From Macrostomum hystrix (taxonomy: Eukaryota; Animalia; Platyhelminthes), in contig CATNEN010000038.1 of assembly GCA_950097015.1 (NCBI GenBank), positions 19,840,001 through 19,904,000 on the forward strand: a DNA stretch of 64,000 nt, written 5' to 3'. Of the stretch, positions 60,601 to 64,000 are shown in pieces. Made by a program: the position numbers and the translations under genes. Under the pieces are notes generated by a model that did no database searches, was not told the DNA's origin, and was given only the letters and a program-made list of their open reading frames with translations. Within the stretch, counting starts at the first letter, position 1. The number at the start of each line of letters is the position of its first letter.

Positions 60601-62595
60601 TCCCGTGTCTCATCTCTCCCGTGTCTAATCTCTCCCGTGTCTCATCTCTCTCGTGTCCCATCTTTCCTGTGTCTCATCTCTCCCGTGTCTCATCTCTCCC
60701 GTGTCTCATCTCTCTCGTGTCCCATCTTTCCTGTGTCTAATCTCTCCCGTGTCTCATCTCTCCTGTGTCTAATCTCTCTCGTGTCTAATCTCTCCTGTGT
60801 CTAATCTCTCTCGTGTCTAATCTCTCCCGTGTCTAATCTCTCCCGTGTCTAATCTCTCCCGTATCTAATCTCTCTCGTGTCTAATCTCTCCCGTGTCTCA
60901 TCTCTCCAGTGTCTAATCTCTCCCGTGTCTAATCTCTCTCGTGTCTAATCTCTCCCGTGTCTAATTTCTCCCGTGTCTAATCTCTCCCGTGTCTAATCTC
61001 TCCCGTGTCTAATCTCTCCCGTGTCTAATCTCTCCCGTGTCTAATCTCTCCCGTGTCTAATCTCTCTCGCGTCTCATCTCTCCCGTATCTAATCTCTCCC
61101 GTGTCTAATCTCTCCCGTGTCTAATCTCTCCCGTGTCTAATCTCTCCCGTGTCTAATCTCTCCCGTGTCTAATCTCTCCCGTGTCTAATCTCTCCCGTGT
61201 CTAATCTCTCCCGTGTCTAATCTCTCCCGTGTCTAATCTCTCCCGTGTCTAATCTCTCCCGTGTCTAATCTCTCTCGTGTCTAATCTCTCCCGTGTCTCA
61301 TCTCTCCCGTGTCTAATCTCTCCCGTGTCTCATCTCTCCCGTGTCTAATCTCTCCCGTGTCTCATCTCTCTCGTGTCCCATCTTTCCTGTGTCTCATCTC
61401 TCCCGTGTCTCATCTCTCCCGTGTCTCATCTCTCTCGTGTCCCATCTTTCCTGTGTCTAATCTCTCCCGTGTCTCATCTCTCCCGTGTCTCATCTCTCCC
61501 CTATCTCATATTTAAACAGTAAATGCGGCCCGCTGTCGTCTTTTAGGTTCTCTCTTTGGCCCGCCAGCAAATAAGTTTGCCTACCCCTGGCCTATAGGAA
61601 TGCGGCTGGGAAAACTAGCTTCTGTAAAGAACTGTCTGTGTGGCACATTGAGCTTTGACAGTTTTGCTTAAATCGTGCAGTTTACGCCCAAAATAGCGAA
61701 CTTAATAATAATAATAATTGTTGAAAAGCTGCAGGCAATGACGCATCGTTTGGAGACACTGGACCCGCAGCCAGCGAGGAGGCAATTCTGCCGATTTCGC
61801 TGACTCGTGAGCACACACGCACACAGATACTGTACTCAAGCACACGCTCACTCACACAGGTGTGTACATCTGCCCTGACCTTCTCATCGTCAGGCGGTGT
61901 ACACTCTCACTGTCACTCTCACACTACACTCTCCATGGAGGTTGGCCCTCAAGGGCGTAAATTGCACGACACGCCCTCAAGCCTTCTCTCCGCGGCTGCG
62001 CCCCAAATGAATGTGGCCTCGCCGCGGAATCGAGCTCAGGGACCTTGGTGCGAGAGGCAAATGCATTAGAGCGCCACTCGTCTCAGACTCGATTCTCCGA
62101 CTTTATTAACCCACTTGGAAACTTCCGCAGTAATGCCGAGCTACTGCACAGACACGAGCTCGATTCCGAGCGACAAACTGGTCGCTTCCGAGCCGCCAAA
62201 CTGGAAGAAGCCGAGCACCGCTGCGAGACACTGGAAGCCGACGTTGAAAGGCTACACCAGATCGAAGCTAAACTGCGAAAACAGTGCGATGAAAATGATC
62301 GAACAATTAACGACATTCTTGCTAGCGCTGATGCTGACAAGCGGAACATGGTGACACAGGTTAATGACCTGACTGCCCGCCTAGCCAACGCCGAGGAGCA
62401 ACTTGGCCGTCGTGAAGTCGAGCACCACGAATTAATGGAGGCAATTGGTAATCTGCAGCGACATTCAGAGAGCCTGAATGCCAAACGGACTGCTTTGGAG
62501 GGCCAGCTAGCCGATTGCCTGTTGAAATGCAATCAGGCCACCGACTTGGCTGACCAATTCCGAGGCGAACGGCAGGAACTCGCTAATAGAGTCAG
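55775..62595 (+). CDS. Long coiled-coil protein with N-terminal LIR-like motif (possibly NEMO/optineurin-like); 3' partial, continues beyond window
   Basis: Exons 55775-55994, 56217-56395, 57402-57712, 57852-57920, 58000-58083, 59466-59831, 62131-62595. GT-AG and phase-compatible, 564 codons with no stop; heptad-rich E/K/Q/L sequence; DDDFEVI near the N-terminus. The gene structure is solid, the family assignment is weak. Confidence 0.75.
56458..57379. repeat. Minisatellite, 33-bp unit CCTATCACTCTAGAGCAATCAGCTGATCCCACA (~28 copies)
   Basis: Fills intron 2 of the coiled-coil gene; contains the palindrome ATCAGCTGAT. Confidence 0.97.
57567..57617 (+). repeat. Pure coding (CAG)17 polyglutamine tract
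   Basis: Uninterrupted CAG run in exon 3 of the coiled-coil gene. Confidence 0.95.
58100..59412. repeat. Minisatellite, 22-bp unit CCTGTCACTCTACACCCGAA(T/C)A
   Basis: About 59 copies filling intron 5 of the coiled-coil gene. Confidence 0.97.
59859..61589. mobile_element. hAT (Charlie-type) MITE with an internal 1.55-kb minisatellite
   Basis: TIR CAGGGGTCGGCAAACT / AGTTTGCCTACCCCTG (15/16 match), perfect 8-bp TSD GCCTATAG (59851-59858, 61590-61597), and subterminal GGCCCG motifs at both ends. Confidence 0.92.
59950..61508. repeat. Minisatellite, 16-bp unit GTGTCTAATCTCTCCC
   Basis: About 97 copies lying wholly between the MITE ends. Confidence 0.97.
61703..62078 (-). mobile_element. tRNA-derived SINE, family B, full length
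   Basis: Colinear with 31081-31444, including the (AAT)n tail on the + strand and GCGGAATCGAGCTC (B box, reverse complement). Confidence 0.85.
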
Positions 62596-62624
62596 GTGGG
62601 TTGTTCTCTACATTACATTTATCT

Positions 62625-64000
62625 TCTCTAGATTCATCTACTCTAGATTCAATCCACTCTAGATTCACATTCAATCTACTCTAGATTCACATTCAATCTA
62701 CTCTACGTTCACATTCAATCTACTCTAGATTCACATTCAATCTACTCTACGTTCACATTCAATCTACTCTAGATTCATCTACTCTAGATTCAATCTACTC
62801 TAGATTCGCATTCAATCTACTCTAGATTCATCTACTCTAGATTCGCATTCAATCTACTCTAGATTCATCTACTCTAGATTCGCATTCAATCTACTCTAGA
62901 TTCATCTACTCTAGATTCGCATTCAATCTACTCTAGATTCATCTACTCTAGATTCATCTACTCTAGATTCATCTACTCTAGATTCATCTACTCTAGATTC
63001 ATCTACTCTAGATTCGCATTCAATCTACTCTAGATTCATCTACTCTAGATTCGCATTCAATCTACTCTAGATTCACATTCATCTACTCTAGATTCACATT
63101 CATCTACTCTAGATTCATCTACTCTAGATTCGCATTCAATCTACTCTAGATTCATCTACTCTAGATTCGCATTCAATCTACTCTAGATTCATCTACTCTA
63201 GATTCATCTACTCTAGATTCATCTACTCTAGATTCATCTACTCTAGATTCATCTACTCTAGATTCGCATTCAATCTACTCTAGATTCATCTACTCTAGAT
63301 TCGCATTCAATCTACTCTAGATTCACATTCATCTACTCTAGATTCACATTCATCTACTCTAGATTCATCTACTCTAGATTCGCATTCAATCTACTCTAGA
63401 TTCATCTACTCTAGATTCGCATTCAATCTACTCTAGATTCATCTACTCTAGATTCGCATTCATCTACTCTAGATTCATCTACTCTAGATTCACATTCATC
63501 TACTCTAGATTCATCTACTCTAGATTCAATCTACTCTAGATTCGCATTCAATCTACTCTAGATTCATCTACTCTAGATTCGCATTCATCTACTCTAGATT
63601 CGCATTTAATCTACTCTAGATTCGCATTCATCTACTCTAGATTCGCATTCAATCTACTCTAGATTCATCTACTCTAGATTCGCATTCAATCTACTCTAGA
63701 TTCACATTCATCTACTCTAGATTCGCATTCAATCTACTCTAGATTCACATTCATCTACTCTAGATTCACATTCATCTACTCTAGATTCATCTACTCTAGA
63801 TTCGCATTCAATCTACTCTAGATTCATCTACTCTAGATTCGCATCCAATCTACTCTAGATTCATCTACTCTAGATTCGCATTCAATCTACTCTAGATTCA
63901 TCTACTCTAGATTCGCATTCATCTACTCTAGATTCATCTACTCTAGATTCACATTCATCTACTCTAGATTCATCTACTCTAGATTCAATCTACTCTAGAT
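62625..64000. repeat. Minisatellite of mixed 15/21/22-bp units built on CTACTCTAGATTC
   Basis: Starts about 30 bp after the donor at 62596 and runs off the window. Confidence 0.97.

Overview
Eukaryotic (metazoan, invertebrate-like) genomic DNA with GT-AG spliced genes and a very high density of minisatellites. The style is reminiscent of free-living flatworms such as Macrostomum, but that is an inference only. I reconstructed four host genes by hand from splice sites and reading frame: (1) a complete 12-exon FAM234/ITFG3-like FG-GAP type II membrane protein (+, 12362-24363, 934 aa); (2) a complete 4-exon STT3A oligosaccharyltransferase catalytic subunit (+, 28192-32682, 712 aa); (3) a complete 3-coding-exon FoxO (-, 44053-52210, 529 aa); (4) a 3'-truncated coiled-coil protein with an N-terminal LIR-like motif, possibly NEMO/optineurin-like (+, from 55775). 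FoxO intron 2 holds a complete 2454-bp PIF/Harbinger-type transposon (DDE transposase plus Myb/SANT ORF, perfect 18-bp TIRs) whose flanks do not show the usual 3-bp TSD. The window also has two tRNA-derived SINE families, a hAT/Charlie-type MITE with a 1.55-kb minisatellite inside, two further TIR-like non-autonomous elements, and more than 20 tandem arrays. The main pattern is that almost every long intron is inflated by its own minisatellite, and in several cases the seed is visible next to it (a SINE head, a transposon end, a splice donor). Most long ORFs in the supplied track are artefacts of stop-free repeat units.
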